NCBI GenBank assembly: GCA_024346625.1
Contig: AP024666.1
Span: forward strand, 186,001 to 250,000
DNA from: Williopsis jadinii
Lineage: Eukaryota
Direction of reading: 5' to 3'
DNA length: 64,000 nucleotides
The notes beneath the pieces are model-generated. The model worked only from the letters and a program-made list of their open reading frames with translations, searched no databases and was not told the DNA's origin. Shown here piece after piece: positions 8,349-18,007 of the stretch. Made by a program: the position numbers and the translations under genes. Each line of letters begins with the position of its first letter. The first letter of the stretch is position 1.

Positions 8349-9488
8349 TCACTCATCCTCCTCCTCTTCATCCAGATCGTGCACTGGGTAGTTCAGCAGC
8401 ACAGCAACACCCGTGATCTGACCCAATTGCACACCTGAGTCGTGTAGACTGGAAAAGACAAACACATCACCACCGTTGTTCTTCACAATCTCGGCCAGCT
8501 CGGCGTAGTGCTTCCTCTCAGCTATGTCGTCGCTTCTGAACAGCTTATCCGTGAGTAAGAGCTTCGACACGGCACCCATGTTGACCGCCTTCTCGCACTC
8601 ATCAGGCCCATACCATGCTTTGCCATCGTCTGCGTTCAGGCTCTTGAAGAAATCGTCCAGAGCCTTGACGTCTTTGGCGTACTTGGTGTCGGCCAATTGC
8701 TTCTGAACCGAATCAGTCTTCAAAACCTCGTCCAAGCCTTGGATGAACCCTGTGGAGCTATGTGTCACCATGAACTTGCTCTTCAAGGTGGCCAGATCCT
8801 TGGTGTTGTTCTTCACAGCAACTTCCAGATACTTGTCATATAGTCCCTGTGCCCAGAATCCAGGCGACGCCAATATCACAGCCTTCAGCTTGTTCAGGTC
8901 CAAGTGTCTCACCATCGCATCGACAACGTGGCCATAGAACTTGTCCAGAGCCTTATCATGGGCAGAAGAGTCACCACGACGCTTCTTAGGGATGCTCTTC
9001 TCAATCTTATCCCTCAACACGGTCATATTCTCAGTGATGAAGCAGATGTGCGCAACGCCCTCTTGCAACACAACTGCCGCAACTTCAGCTTTGCCGGTGA
9101 TATCACAGGACTTGGCGATCAAGTCCAAATCACCTTGGTCCCATTCGTCTTTGGCAATGGTCAACGGGTACTTGTAGTCAACGTCTGCAGTGTGGAACGA
9201 CCCCATTGGGACGTCGTCTAGAGGGTCCATCGTCTTGCCTTTGATTCTGAAGGATTCATCCTGCGGTATGAACTCCACGTCCTGAACTTGCAGCCTGAGC
9301 GTTAGCAACTTCTTCTCGGACTTGGCCCCCTTCACGTTCGAGGCCTTGACGTTTCTGATGGTCTTCAACGTCACCTCATCTTGTGGATGTATCAAGTTGT
9401 AGAGAACGAACAGGTCCTCTTTGTCCTGTGCAATCACTGAAAGAGAGCCGGAGTTCGACTTCTCCAATCGGCTACCAACGAGTTTCAT
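8349..9488 (-). CDS. DOM34: Pelota/Dom34 ribosome rescue factor
   Basis: EDLFVLYNLI, MGSFHT, AAVVLQEGVAHIC, IPKKRRG, ILASPGF, AWYG, FSSLHDSGVQL..ITGVAVLLNYP. Confidence 0.96.
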   Translation of the reverse strand: MKLVGSRLEKSNSGSLSVIAQDKEDLFVLYNLIHPQDEVTLKTIRNVKASNVKGAKSEKKLLTLRLQVQDVEFIPQDESFRIKGKTMDPLDDVPMGSFHTADVDYKYPLTIAKDEWDQGDLDLIAKSCDITGKAEVAAVVLQEGVAHICFITENMTVLRDKIEKSIPKKRRGDSSAHDKALDKFYGHVVDAMVRHLDLNKLKAVILASPGFWAQGLYDKYLEVAVKNNTKDLATLKSKFMVTHSSTGFIQGLDEVLKTDSVQKQLADTKYAKDVKALDDFFKSLNADDGKAWYGPDECEKAVNMGAVSKLLLTDKLFRSDDIAERKHYAELAEIVKNNGGDVFVFSSLHDSGVQLGQITGVAVLLNYPVHDLDEEEEDE

Positions 9489-9668
9489 TTCCTCTTAGGC
9501 CAGTTACTCCTACAATGGCCAATTGTCCTCTCGAATAGCCACCTTTTCAACTTTTGTTGAAAGTTTTCAACAATGGGAGTATATTCCATATTGCTTTTCG
9601 GACAGTTGTGAATATCGGTACCTCTTGCTTGTATGGCATTCTCCGTTTCAAAACTGACACGAAAAAGT

Positions 9669-9742
9669 GGTTTCGTGGTCTAGTTGGTCATGGCATCTGC
9701 TTAACACGCAGAACGTCCCCAGTTCGATCCTGGGCGAAATCA
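9669..9742 (+). tRNA. tRNA-Val(AAC)
   Basis: GGTTTCGTGGTCTAGTTGG...TCTGCTTAACACGCAGA...GTTCGATCCTGGGCGAAATCA cloverleaf; downstream T-run terminator. Confidence 0.97.
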
Positions 9743-9903
9743 TTATTTTTTTTCAAAATGTCACACGCCGTAGATCACGTGACTAAGGTGAACAACTGGA
9801 TGAGGCACTCAAGACACACCGTTGGACACGTCTACCACGACTCACTACAGGGATTGCTGTTCGTTCTCTAGTTCATTAGACATTCTTCGGTGTTATACAT
9901 CAA

Positions 9904-11010
9904 CTAACGAACATTTGCATTGGTGATGGATGCCACCTTGAAAATGTCACCGTTCTTGTTTGTAAGCTTTGCGTCTGGTTTACCCTCTTGCTTGAAGATA
10001 ACTTCCAATTGATCATTTGTTGAGAATCCTGGCTGGACTTGTTCCCAGATCTTCTTCTTTGGGTTGAGCTGCTTCTCTGGTGTTGAGTCAAAGCCTTCAA
10101 AGAACACCTTGTCACCTGCCTTGGAGCCTGCTGGTGGCTCGACAAACTCAACGTGCTCATCATCGGAACCACACAACACCATTGCGGTGGACTTGACACC
10201 TCTCATGTTAACAGGCTTCAAATTGGCAACAACAACGACGTAACGCTCCTGCAAGGCCTCCAATGGGAAGTGCTTGACCAAACCGGAACACACTGTACGT
10301 GGACCTTCTTCGTCGCCACATTCAATGGTGGAGACGTAAAGGGAGTCCGCGTCTGGGTGCTTGATGGCCTTTTGGATGAAACCGACACGGAAGTCAATCA
10401 TTCCTGGGTTTGGTGGTACTACCTCTGCGGCCTTCTTCTGCTGATCAGCCTGGGCCTTGGCCTTCTTCTCCTTCTTAGCCTTTGCAGCCTCTTCGCGTAA
10501 CTTCTTGAGAGTCTCCTCGTCTGGCTTACCTCTTGGCTTGTCATCCTTCTTACTCTTCTCCTTCTTAGCTTCCTTGGAGGCCTCCTTTGGTGCTGCTGCT
10601 TCCTTGGACTCCTTCTTTGGCTTCTCCTTGATCTCTCTTGGAAGTTCAACGGAGAAGTCCACAACAAGCTTCTCGCTGTCTGGAACATCGACAAGAGTGT
10701 TCTGAATCAAGTCTGCCCATCTAATCACATGACGGTTTGCAGCGTAATCATTAGACTCAAACTTCTTGAGCAATGGCAACGCTCTGCCAAAGGAAACAAC
10801 ATCGGCCTCCGATGGTGAGTTACCCAAGAGGTAGGTCTTGCTCTTCAAGTTTTCGTTGAACTCTTTGAAAGTCTCTGGGAATCTCTTTGACAGTGTGAGC
10901 CATTGGGATTGTAGTGCGTTCTGCTCATCCGAGAGCTCGCCAAATTGAGTGGTTGGTGATTCCAGCGATGAGAGTGAGAGCTTTTGGAACTTGGCTGTGA
11001 GGTCTGACAT
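9904..11010 (-). CDS. ARC1: tRNA-aminoacylation cofactor Arc1 (GST-like N-domain, Lys-rich linker, EMAP-II/OB domain)
   Basis: IDFRVGFIQKAIKHPDADSLYVSTI, RTVCSGLVKH, NLKPVNMRGVKSTAMVLC; likely start MSDLTAK at 11010. Confidence 0.95.
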   Translation of the reverse strand: MSDLTAKFQKLSLSSLESPTTQFGELSDEQNALQSQWLTLSKRFPETFKEFNENLKSKTYLLGNSPSEADVVSFGRALPLLKKFESNDYAANRHVIRWADLIQNTLVDVPDSEKLVVDFSVELPREIKEKPKKESKEAAAPKEASKEAKKEKSKKDDKPRGKPDEETLKKLREEAAKAKKEKKAKAQADQQKKAAEVVPPNPGMIDFRVGFIQKAIKHPDADSLYVSTIECGDEEGPRTVCSGLVKHFPLEALQERYVVVVANLKPVNMRGVKSTAMVLCGSDDEHVEFVEPPAGSKAGDKVFFEGFDSTPEKQLNPKKKIWEQVQPGFSTNDQLEVIFKQEGKPDAKLTNKNGDIFKVASITNANVR

Positions 11011-11134
11011 CCTTAGTGAGGCTTTTGTCTGCTGTAATTGGACTTCAAGGAGGGAAAAAGTGCACTTTTGTTGAAAAGTTGTCGATGAAGTTGAAAGAAA
11101 AAAAAACAGTCGTTTTGAAAGTGCCGTCACACAA

Positions 11135-12718
11135 ATGGCAGATTCCTATTTCACCGTATCACAAATGGCAGATTATTCTTCAACCTTTGACTGCTTCACT
11201 TTACAAAAGGGGAAATCATCAACATCAAACTTCACTCCAACGGAAGAGGAAGAGGAAGAAGACACAATGACAGCCGGCAAGAGACAGGTCAAGAAGAAAA
11301 CAGCACGTGCCTGTAATCATTGCCATAAAGCTCACATGACGTGTGATGATTCAAGGCCTTGTCAGAGATGTATATCGAGAGGCATAGCAGAGTCGTGTGT
11401 GGATGCGCCGAGGAAGAGGAAGAAGTACTTGATGGACTTGGAAGGAGGCGAAGGTATTGGTGTGAAGATGAGTCTGTCAAGTTCTGCTGACTCGTCAGCT
11501 GCCTCTCCGCAGCCCACTGTTGCACAATTGCACTCACATCCAATACGGACGGCATCAACAACGGTAACGTCTGGTAGCGTGCCGATGGGACGTCCAATAC
11601 CCATGTACCATGTGTCTTCGACGGTTGCGACACATGGACTGAACTCTGGAAATGGTGGTGTTGATGTTGATGTTGGTGCAGATCACAAGACCCGTAATGG
11701 CAACGAACCAGCGGCCTCTACAGTGCCCAATGGCCCACCGCTAAACACTCCACTGTACAGCTATAACGTTCACAACGACCCCAAGTTCCTGTCAAACGCA
11801 GCCAATTCCGAGTACTCGATACTATCAGATATCTTGGGATATGGCCATTTCGATATGCAACAGAGGCCTCGGTCAACCACCCCAACACCTCCAGACTTGT
11901 ACACAGCAACGATACGGCAGGGAGATCGGTTGATCAACCAGTACACGCTGGGGAGAATCCAGCCTGATAAACTGTTGACATACCCTGAGGTGTTGCAACA
12001 CATTGAAGGTGAACATAGGCTGGACTCAACGCCTGCTTCCACTGATTCTGAGAGCGGACCAAGAGGTGCACTGTCTTTTGCAATCACCGTTGATGAGCAA
12101 AGTGAATACTCATCGCTCTCGTCGTCCGGGTTGCGATTCAAAGACTCTGAAGATATCTACTCGAAAGTAGACCAGCCGTTCAGCTATACACCTGGCTTCC
12201 ACTCGCTGATCAGATACTTGAAGCATCGATTCAACAGACAGGACCTGATCAAGATGGCAAAGGCCATGGCGAGTTATAGACCAATTTTCATCGCCTGTAC
12301 AAACACTCTGAAGGAGGACGACCTAATATTCATGGAGCAGTGTTTCCAACGGACTCTGCTGGAATATGACAAGTTCATATCCATCTCTGGTACACCAACG
12401 ATTGTTTGGAGACGTACTGGCCAAATTGCGTACGTCTCAGAGGAGTTTTGCATCCTGACAGGCTGGACGAAGGAGTCGCTGCTGAACAAAGTCACATTCA
12501 TTGTGGAGTTGATGGACGACAACAGCGTTGTCGAGTACTTCAACCTGTTTTCAACGATAGCGTATGGGGACTTCAGAGGTGCCACGATGGCTGGATGTAC
12601 CTTAACCACGCAGAATAGGACTCTTATAAAGACAACGTGTATGTGGACTTTGAAGAGGGATGTCTTTGGTATTCCGATGATGATCATTGGTAACTTTTTA
12701 CCGATATTGAACCAATGA
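11135..12718 (+). CDS. ERT1: Zn(II)2Cys6 + PAS transcription factor, gluconeogenesis regulator Ert1/AcuK type (start could be 11135, 11165 or 11267)
   Basis: ACNHCHKAHMTCDDSRPCQRC cluster; C-terminal YTPGFHSL..YL, EQCFQRTLLEY, GTPTIVWRRTG, GIPMMIIGNFLPIL. Confidence 0.87.
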   Translation: MADSYFTVSQMADYSSTFDCFTLQKGKSSTSNFTPTEEEEEEDTMTAGKRQVKKKTARACNHCHKAHMTCDDSRPCQRCISRGIAESCVDAPRKRKKYLMDLEGGEGIGVKMSLSSSADSSAASPQPTVAQLHSHPIRTASTTVTSGSVPMGRPIPMYHVSSTVATHGLNSGNGGVDVDVGADHKTRNGNEPAASTVPNGPPLNTPLYSYNVHNDPKFLSNAANSEYSILSDILGYGHFDMQQRPRSTTPTPPDLYTATIRQGDRLINQYTLGRIQPDKLLTYPEVLQHIEGEHRLDSTPASTDSESGPRGALSFAITVDEQSEYSSLSSSGLRFKDSEDIYSKVDQPFSYTPGFHSLIRYLKHRFNRQDLIKMAKAMASYRPIFIACTNTLKEDDLIFMEQCFQRTLLEYDKFISISGTPTIVWRRTGQIAYVSEEFCILTGWTKESLLNKVTFIVELMDDNSVVEYFNLFSTIAYGDFRGATMAGCTLTTQNRTLIKTTCMWTLKRDVFGIPMMIIGNFLPILNQ

Positions 12719-12821
12719 TCCCATCTTCCAATCTACAAATATAATCAACACTGGGGGAAACGGGGTATGTGTACTGTAAATGTAGAAACTGTCCGAGGCA
12801 AGACGTAAACAATCACGTCGA

Positions 12822-13306
12822 TCATTGCGCCAAGATGGACTTGACAAACTCAACGTAGTCAACGTTGCCGTCTTTGGTCACGTTGACACCTTTCAGCAGC
12901 TCGTCAACTTCGCTGTCAGACAGCTTCTCGCCAACAGAGGTGAGGATGTATCTCAGCTCTCCGACGCCGATGTAGCCTGTGCCCTCCTTGTCGAATACCT
13001 GGAAACCCTTGATGTAGTCCTCCGGCTCGCCCAGCGGCTTGAACCCATCAGGGCGGTTGATTATGGTGACATACGTGTCGAAATCAAGATCGCCAGAGAC
13101 CTGGGCTTCCAGGTCTTCAATCTCAGCAAGCGTTGGATTCTGCCCAACCGCACGCAGAAGATCCCCAAGGCTCTCTACAGGCACTTTGCCAGTGCCCTTC
13201 TTGTCAAAGAGGGAAAACGCGTCCTTGTAAGTCTTTGTGTTGGATGACTGTGTCACGTGTTAGCACCACCGGGCTTCAGTCTCAAGGCAAGCGCCCTACT
13301 CACCAT
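12822..13306 (-). CDS. MLC1: Myosin essential light chain; exon 1 is the ATG only (13306-13304), exon 2 is 13247-12822
   Basis: KDAFSLFDKKG, LGDLLRAVGQNPT, FQVFDKEGTG.IGVGELRYILT EF-hands; the intron supplies the missing ATG. Confidence 0.93.
13248..13303 (-). other. Spliceosomal intron of MLC1 (56 nt)
   Basis: ATG|GTGAGT donor, TGCTAAC branch, CAG acceptor; spliced product MSSNTKTYKDAF. Confidence 0.85.
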
Positions 13307-13596
13307 TGCTCGATCTGCCTGTTTTTGATGTTGATTGGTGGGTTCGTGTACAGAATTGGCCAAAAGAAGGGAAAAAACAGCTTTTGTTTACATTTTCCGC
13401 CCTCACACGCGCGCGCGCTCGAACCGTTGTTGTTGATGTGGGAAATCTGGGATGAAATTCGCGGATGGCTTACTAAGCAAGCGGTGTCCGGGTGTCGGCT
13501 CTTTTCGTCTATTCTGTGGTGTCCGGGTTAATAGTGACACAACTGCGCATCCTCCATCACCACTTCTGGCTGCAGTGTATGCTTCTATGTATGCTT

Positions 13597-16500
13597 CTAT
13601 GTATGCTCACTGGCTAGCAACTGGTCGACAAGTGCAAGGACTTCATCGCTGACTCTGCTCTCCGTGTTATCCTCTCCGTACGAAGGGTTCTCGAGCTTGT
13701 CCTTGACGGCTTTGTCCAGCAACGTTCTGAGCTCCTTGACCAGAACGGCATTCTTACACCACGACTTGATAGGCAGCCAGGAGTCCAACACCACTCCTGG
13801 GGATTGCTTGCCAGCTGATATAGCGGAGACATCGTAAGTAAAGTTACCCCCGAACAGCAGCGTTGAGAGCGTAGTAGTTGGTGTCAGATCCTTGAGGAAT
13901 AACTTCGAAGTTATTACGGAGGAGTTGTACACCACGAATGGAGAGGAGATGACTTTTGAGCTTGATCTGGACCCGTCGTGCAACTTTGGCGTGAGATCAA
14001 TGTCCCTGGATTGTAGTTTCAGGAACTCCTCGGACCCCTTTTCTTCAAGTTGTAGCTCCTCGATTTGAGACTTGGACAACTCTTTATTGCTGGTGTCGAA
14101 GAGAACAGAAGACGGGTGGATAAACGACCGCGTAGCTGGTAAGTTGTCAATGGATAATGTGTTTGAGCTCTTTGACTGGTTCACCTTTGAGATGTACTCC
14201 TCGTTTCTTATCCAAAACTTGACCAGTCTAGCGTCAGGATCGACCTGTACAGAACCACTGCTCGTATTAAAGAACTTCGGATCTGGAAGTTGCACACGTG
14301 CAACTTGCGGATAAAACGCACCAGTAATGATGGATCTTATAACTGCCACGTTACCACCGTTTCTGTTTAAGTGCTTATGACCTTCTCTGTACTTCAAAGG
14401 TATGAACCCAATATCCTCCAATATCGAAATGTATTGTGCTTTAGAAGATTTGATCTCTGTCAGCTTTGTATAGGAGAGGAAATTGTCTTGGATGTACCTC
14501 TTCTTCTCTGCAGTGGTCTCCAAAGAAAAATACTTTTGTACAACGATGACTGTAGAGATCAAGTCACCAACTCCCTTGTTCTGTAACAGTACGCCCTTAA
14601 TCTTATCTCTATTTTCTTGAGAATGGACAAACGGAGAGCCAGCACCTAGTATAGATGCAATCAGCACCCCGAAATCGGTACAGCCAAAGATGATGGAGTA
14701 AATCAGCAAGATACCATGTTTGGGGTCAATGATTGGTAAAAGTGATACGTATTTACCGAGCTCTGTGAGATCGTCATATTCGTCAATCAGTCTTGCACAC
14801 TTCAATAACTCTTCTGATTTTACCAAGGAATCTGGTGGTGGCGGATCAATACCACTGTTTAGGAACCCAATAACGTCTTTCACCCCAATGGTCTTTACAA
14901 CCAAGTACAATGAGTCCAAATTGATTCTTTTCATCTCAGGTATTGGACTGTCCCTCATCTCATCGTAGGTTTCACGCGTAAATAGCTTGTATGAAACACC
15001 TGCAGAAACACGACCAGCACGACCTCTTCTCTGTTTAGCCTCTGCTTTGGATATAAATGTCTCAACGAACCTACTGGTGTTGTCAATTGCACTGTAGTTC
15101 ATGCTCTTCACTCTTCCAGAATCAATCGTTACAACACAATCATTAATAGTAATAGATGTCTCAGCGATGTTCGTTGAAACAATGATTTTTCTCTTGTTTC
15201 CATAGGAATTGAAAACACGATGTTGGTCCTGAGGAGTCAACGCCGAATGAAGAGGTAGTATGATACAGTCCTTGGAGAACTTGTTCTGAATCGTTCTAAT
15301 ACAGCTGTTGATCTCTGCAACACCCGGAAGGAAAACAAGAATGGAACCTCTGTTTGATGCATCCACAAGGTCTTGGTCGATCTTGATCACCAATTCAGCA
15401 ATCAAGTCGTAATTCACCTTTCCAGACTTGAAGAAATTCGAGTCGGCTTTTGGACTTATCCATTCGTCGTTGATCTGGATCTTGAAATTGGTCTTCTCCA
15501 GGACATCATCTAAGTAATAATCCTGGATTGGGAATGTGCGCCCTTTAATATGAGCTGTATCGATCTCTGCGAAATAGCTTTTGAAAAGCTTCGTATCAAC
15601 AGTGGCACTCATGAGAACAATCTTCAAGTTTTTGAACTTTGACAACAGTCTCTTAATCATTATAATAATGAGATCTGTTTCCATTGATCTCTCGTGAACT
15701 TCGTCAATAACCAGTATGGAATCGTTTAAAAACTCGTCTCCATTCTGTAAGAACTTCACCAAGATACCAGTTGTCAAGAACTTGATTCTTGTGTTTTTGT
15801 TCGACTTGTTAGCACCTCTAATGATATAACCAACTTCTTCACCACATTTCGTGACACGTTCTTCAGCGACTCTTTCAGCCAATCCAATTGCTGAAATTCT
15901 TCTCGGCTGTGTACACAAGATTTGAGTCTTGAAGTTCTTCTTCGAGTAAAGATCATCAAGGATAAACTGCACCAATTGTGTCGACTTACCAGAACCGGTC
16001 TCACCAGTAATTAAGCTGATTCTATGGGAGTTTATCACACGCATGAGGTTCTCCTTCTCGCCCCAAGCTGGCAACGCTGATCTAGCTTTGTACATTTTAG
16101 CCATCTCCTGGGATTTCGATCGCTTTGTATAATCATCCTCTATGAATTTCACATCAGGATTTGATCTGAATACCCGACGTCCCTTGGTGTTTGAAGACAC
16201 TATATCCAAATTGTCCATCTCCTCTACCGTTGTCTTTGGATGCTCTAACAATTTTCCCGGGTTCTCAATAATGTCTTCAGAGTTCTGTTGGAGCCAGTCA
16301 ACCATTGAAAAGATGTAAGAATCACCAATCAAATTCTTCAGTGTGTATTCTGAGAGCTTGGTGATAATTTTCAACTTCACGTAGTTTGGAAGTGTAAGGT
16401 TCTTATCAATTGTAGATATGACCAACCCTGCCAATTGGTATGGATACTGTTCTGGTTTATAAACAGCAACCTGTAGCATATCACTGAACTTGATAACCAC

Positions 16501-17763
16501 TGATGAATCATTCAATCTCGTGATCTGACCTTCGTCGTAGATCATTGACAGACTTTCAATCTCCTCGTTCCAAATCTCTTGAGAATCTATGTCCTTGTGA
16601 CCATTTTCCTGAACATGATCAGCATATTTACAAGTCAACGATACCAACGTCTTCTCTAGACTAAGATCGTTATCATTCAATGCTACTATAGCCTCAGAAC
16701 GAGAAACACCAAACTCGGATACTCGTTTAACCAAGATTTCGTTCTTGTCAGCCACGGTGACAGTGTCAAGAGAGCTTGGATCTGTAAAATACTGAGGTAA
16801 ATCGTCATCTGGGACGTTAAACAAAAGGTAAGACAATGGATCTTGGAACTTCAATGCTTCCTCGATATGCGATTTTCTAAAACCGATCGATTCCAATAGG
16901 GTGTTGGTTGAACTTGGATGTTCCTTCGATGCCAGTTTCCAAGTGATATGGTGACGAAGAGACTGTTGGATCAAATCACGTTGCTTTGTGGAAAACTTGA
17001 ATGAAAGAGCAGAGTCCCAAACCTTTCTTGGGAATTTCACGTGGAATTCTCTCTGAATTGGGTTTGAAGCTGGTCTTTTTTGAGCCTTTGGACTTGGTGA
17101 AGTTGCATCTGAGGGCTTCTTAACAGACGTGAGAATCACAGGCGCTCTCTTGGTCTTTGCCTCGTTGTTCAGTCTAACCTCCTCTTCCTTTTCCTTCACC
17201 TTCTTCAACTTGGCATCTTCAATGACAACTTTGAAAGGGTCATTGTTATAAAGTCTGTTGTGTTTTGTTGGATTCTCTTTCAGCATGGCTTTCCTCTCAT
17301 CCTCCAACAAAGCCCACGTATCTTTGAACTCTCGGGGCAAAACCATATGCAATGACTTGTTAAAGCACACCCTATGCAACGCCACTGTCGCAGCGTAGTA
17401 CCTTGCCTCTATTGCAGTTTCCTTAGCAGGTAGTCTATGAGGACATCTGACGAGGATTTTCTCCTTCGTCTTTGGATCTATCCAGCCCAAGATCGCCGTC
17501 GCAACCATCCCCTCCTTCACCTTCTTCATGTCGTAATCTACTCGTTCCCACTTGGACCTCTGAGCATGCTCATGGAGTAAAGAGATTGGAGTTTTACCAC
17601 TTGATGGGCGCTTCATTGGATTCACAGGAGTTGAAGACTCCGGAAGCTTAGAACCATTTGAATCCTTCTTGAGGTCATCTGCTTTGCCCCTTCCCTTTTT
17701 CTTCGAGCTCGGCGGAGGAGCAGCCGCCTCCTTCTTACCGCTGTTGCTGTTCTTCTTTGCCAT
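13597..17763 (-). CDS. DEAH/RHA RNA helicase of the DHX57/DHX29-like (Ylr419w) type with N-terminal dsRBD-like, UBA and RWD regions
   Basis: GETGSGKSTQ, TQPRRISA, DEVHER, MSAT, STNIAETSITI, QRRGRAGR; 1388 aa. Confidence 0.9.
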   Translation of the reverse strand: MAKKNSNSGKKEAAAPPPSSKKKGRGKADDLKKDSNGSKLPESSTPVNPMKRPSSGKTPISLLHEHAQRSKWERVDYDMKKVKEGMVATAILGWIDPKTKEKILVRCPHRLPAKETAIEARYYAATVALHRVCFNKSLHMVLPREFKDTWALLEDERKAMLKENPTKHNRLYNNDPFKVVIEDAKLKKVKEKEEEVRLNNEAKTKRAPVILTSVKKPSDATSPSPKAQKRPASNPIQREFHVKFPRKVWDSALSFKFSTKQRDLIQQSLRHHITWKLASKEHPSSTNTLLESIGFRKSHIEEALKFQDPLSYLLFNVPDDDLPQYFTDPSSLDTVTVADKNEILVKRVSEFGVSRSEAIVALNDNDLSLEKTLVSLTCKYADHVQENGHKDIDSQEIWNEEIESLSMIYDEGQITRLNDSSVVIKFSDMLQVAVYKPEQYPYQLAGLVISTIDKNLTLPNYVKLKIITKLSEYTLKNLIGDSYIFSMVDWLQQNSEDIIENPGKLLEHPKTTVEEMDNLDIVSSNTKGRRVFRSNPDVKFIEDDYTKRSKSQEMAKMYKARSALPAWGEKENLMRVINSHRISLITGETGSGKSTQLVQFILDDLYSKKNFKTQILCTQPRRISAIGLAERVAEERVTKCGEEVGYIIRGANKSNKNTRIKFLTTGILVKFLQNGDEFLNDSILVIDEVHERSMETDLIIIMIKRLLSKFKNLKIVLMSATVDTKLFKSYFAEIDTAHIKGRTFPIQDYYLDDVLEKTNFKIQINDEWISPKADSNFFKSGKVNYDLIAELVIKIDQDLVDASNRGSILVFLPGVAEINSCIRTIQNKFSKDCIILPLHSALTPQDQHRVFNSYGNKRKIIVSTNIAETSITINDCVVTIDSGRVKSMNYSAIDNTSRFVETFISKAEAKQRRGRAGRVSAGVSYKLFTRETYDEMRDSPIPEMKRINLDSLYLVVKTIGVKDVIGFLNSGIDPPPPDSLVKSEELLKCARLIDEYDDLTELGKYVSLLPIIDPKHGILLIYSIIFGCTDFGVLIASILGAGSPFVHSQENRDKIKGVLLQNKGVGDLISTVIVVQKYFSLETTAEKKRYIQDNFLSYTKLTEIKSSKAQYISILEDIGFIPLKYREGHKHLNRNGGNVAVIRSIITGAFYPQVARVQLPDPKFFNTSSGSVQVDPDARLVKFWIRNEEYISKVNQSKSSNTLSIDNLPATRSFIHPSSVLFDTSNKELSKSQIEELQLEEKGSEEFLKLQSRDIDLTPKLHDGSRSSSKVISSPFVVYNSSVITSKLFLKDLTPTTTLSTLLFGGNFTYDVSAISAGKQSPGVVLDSWLPIKSWCKNAVLVKELRTLLDKAVKDKLENPSYGEDNTESRVSDEVLALVDQLLASEHT

Positions 17764-17843
17764 TTCGAGGGAAGACTTTGAAGACTTTATGGGTTATTGC
17801 AATGACATTGAAGTAAACAAAAGAGCCTCAATGAGATGTCCGG

Positions 17844-17854
17844 GCGATGAGATG
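17844..17854. promoter_or_regulatory. PAC motif upstream of the helicase gene
   Basis: GCGATGAGATG about 80 bp upstream of the ATG. Confidence 0.5.
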
Positions 17855-17935
17855 CGGACGTAGCTGGATACTGCCCCAACCAATAGGACAAACCACGCGC
17901 TCCGTTAAACGCGAAATACTGGAAAATCAATAAAA

Positions 17936-18007
17936 TCCGGCATGGTGTAGTGGCTAACATCGGTCGCTCTCACCGACCAGCCCGGGGTTCGATTCCCCGT
18001 ACCGGAA
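17936..18007 (+). tRNA. tRNA-Glu(CTC)
   Basis: TCCGGCA...GGTCG-CTCTCAC-CGACC anticodon arm, GGTTCGATTCC B-box, followed by a T-run terminator. Confidence 0.93.

Noticed and set aside
9775..9783. CDEI-like ATCACGTGAC near DOM34 (centromere-linked in S. cerevisiae) as a point centromere
   Set aside because: No adjacent AT-rich CDEII or CDEIII; more likely an ordinary Cbf1 site
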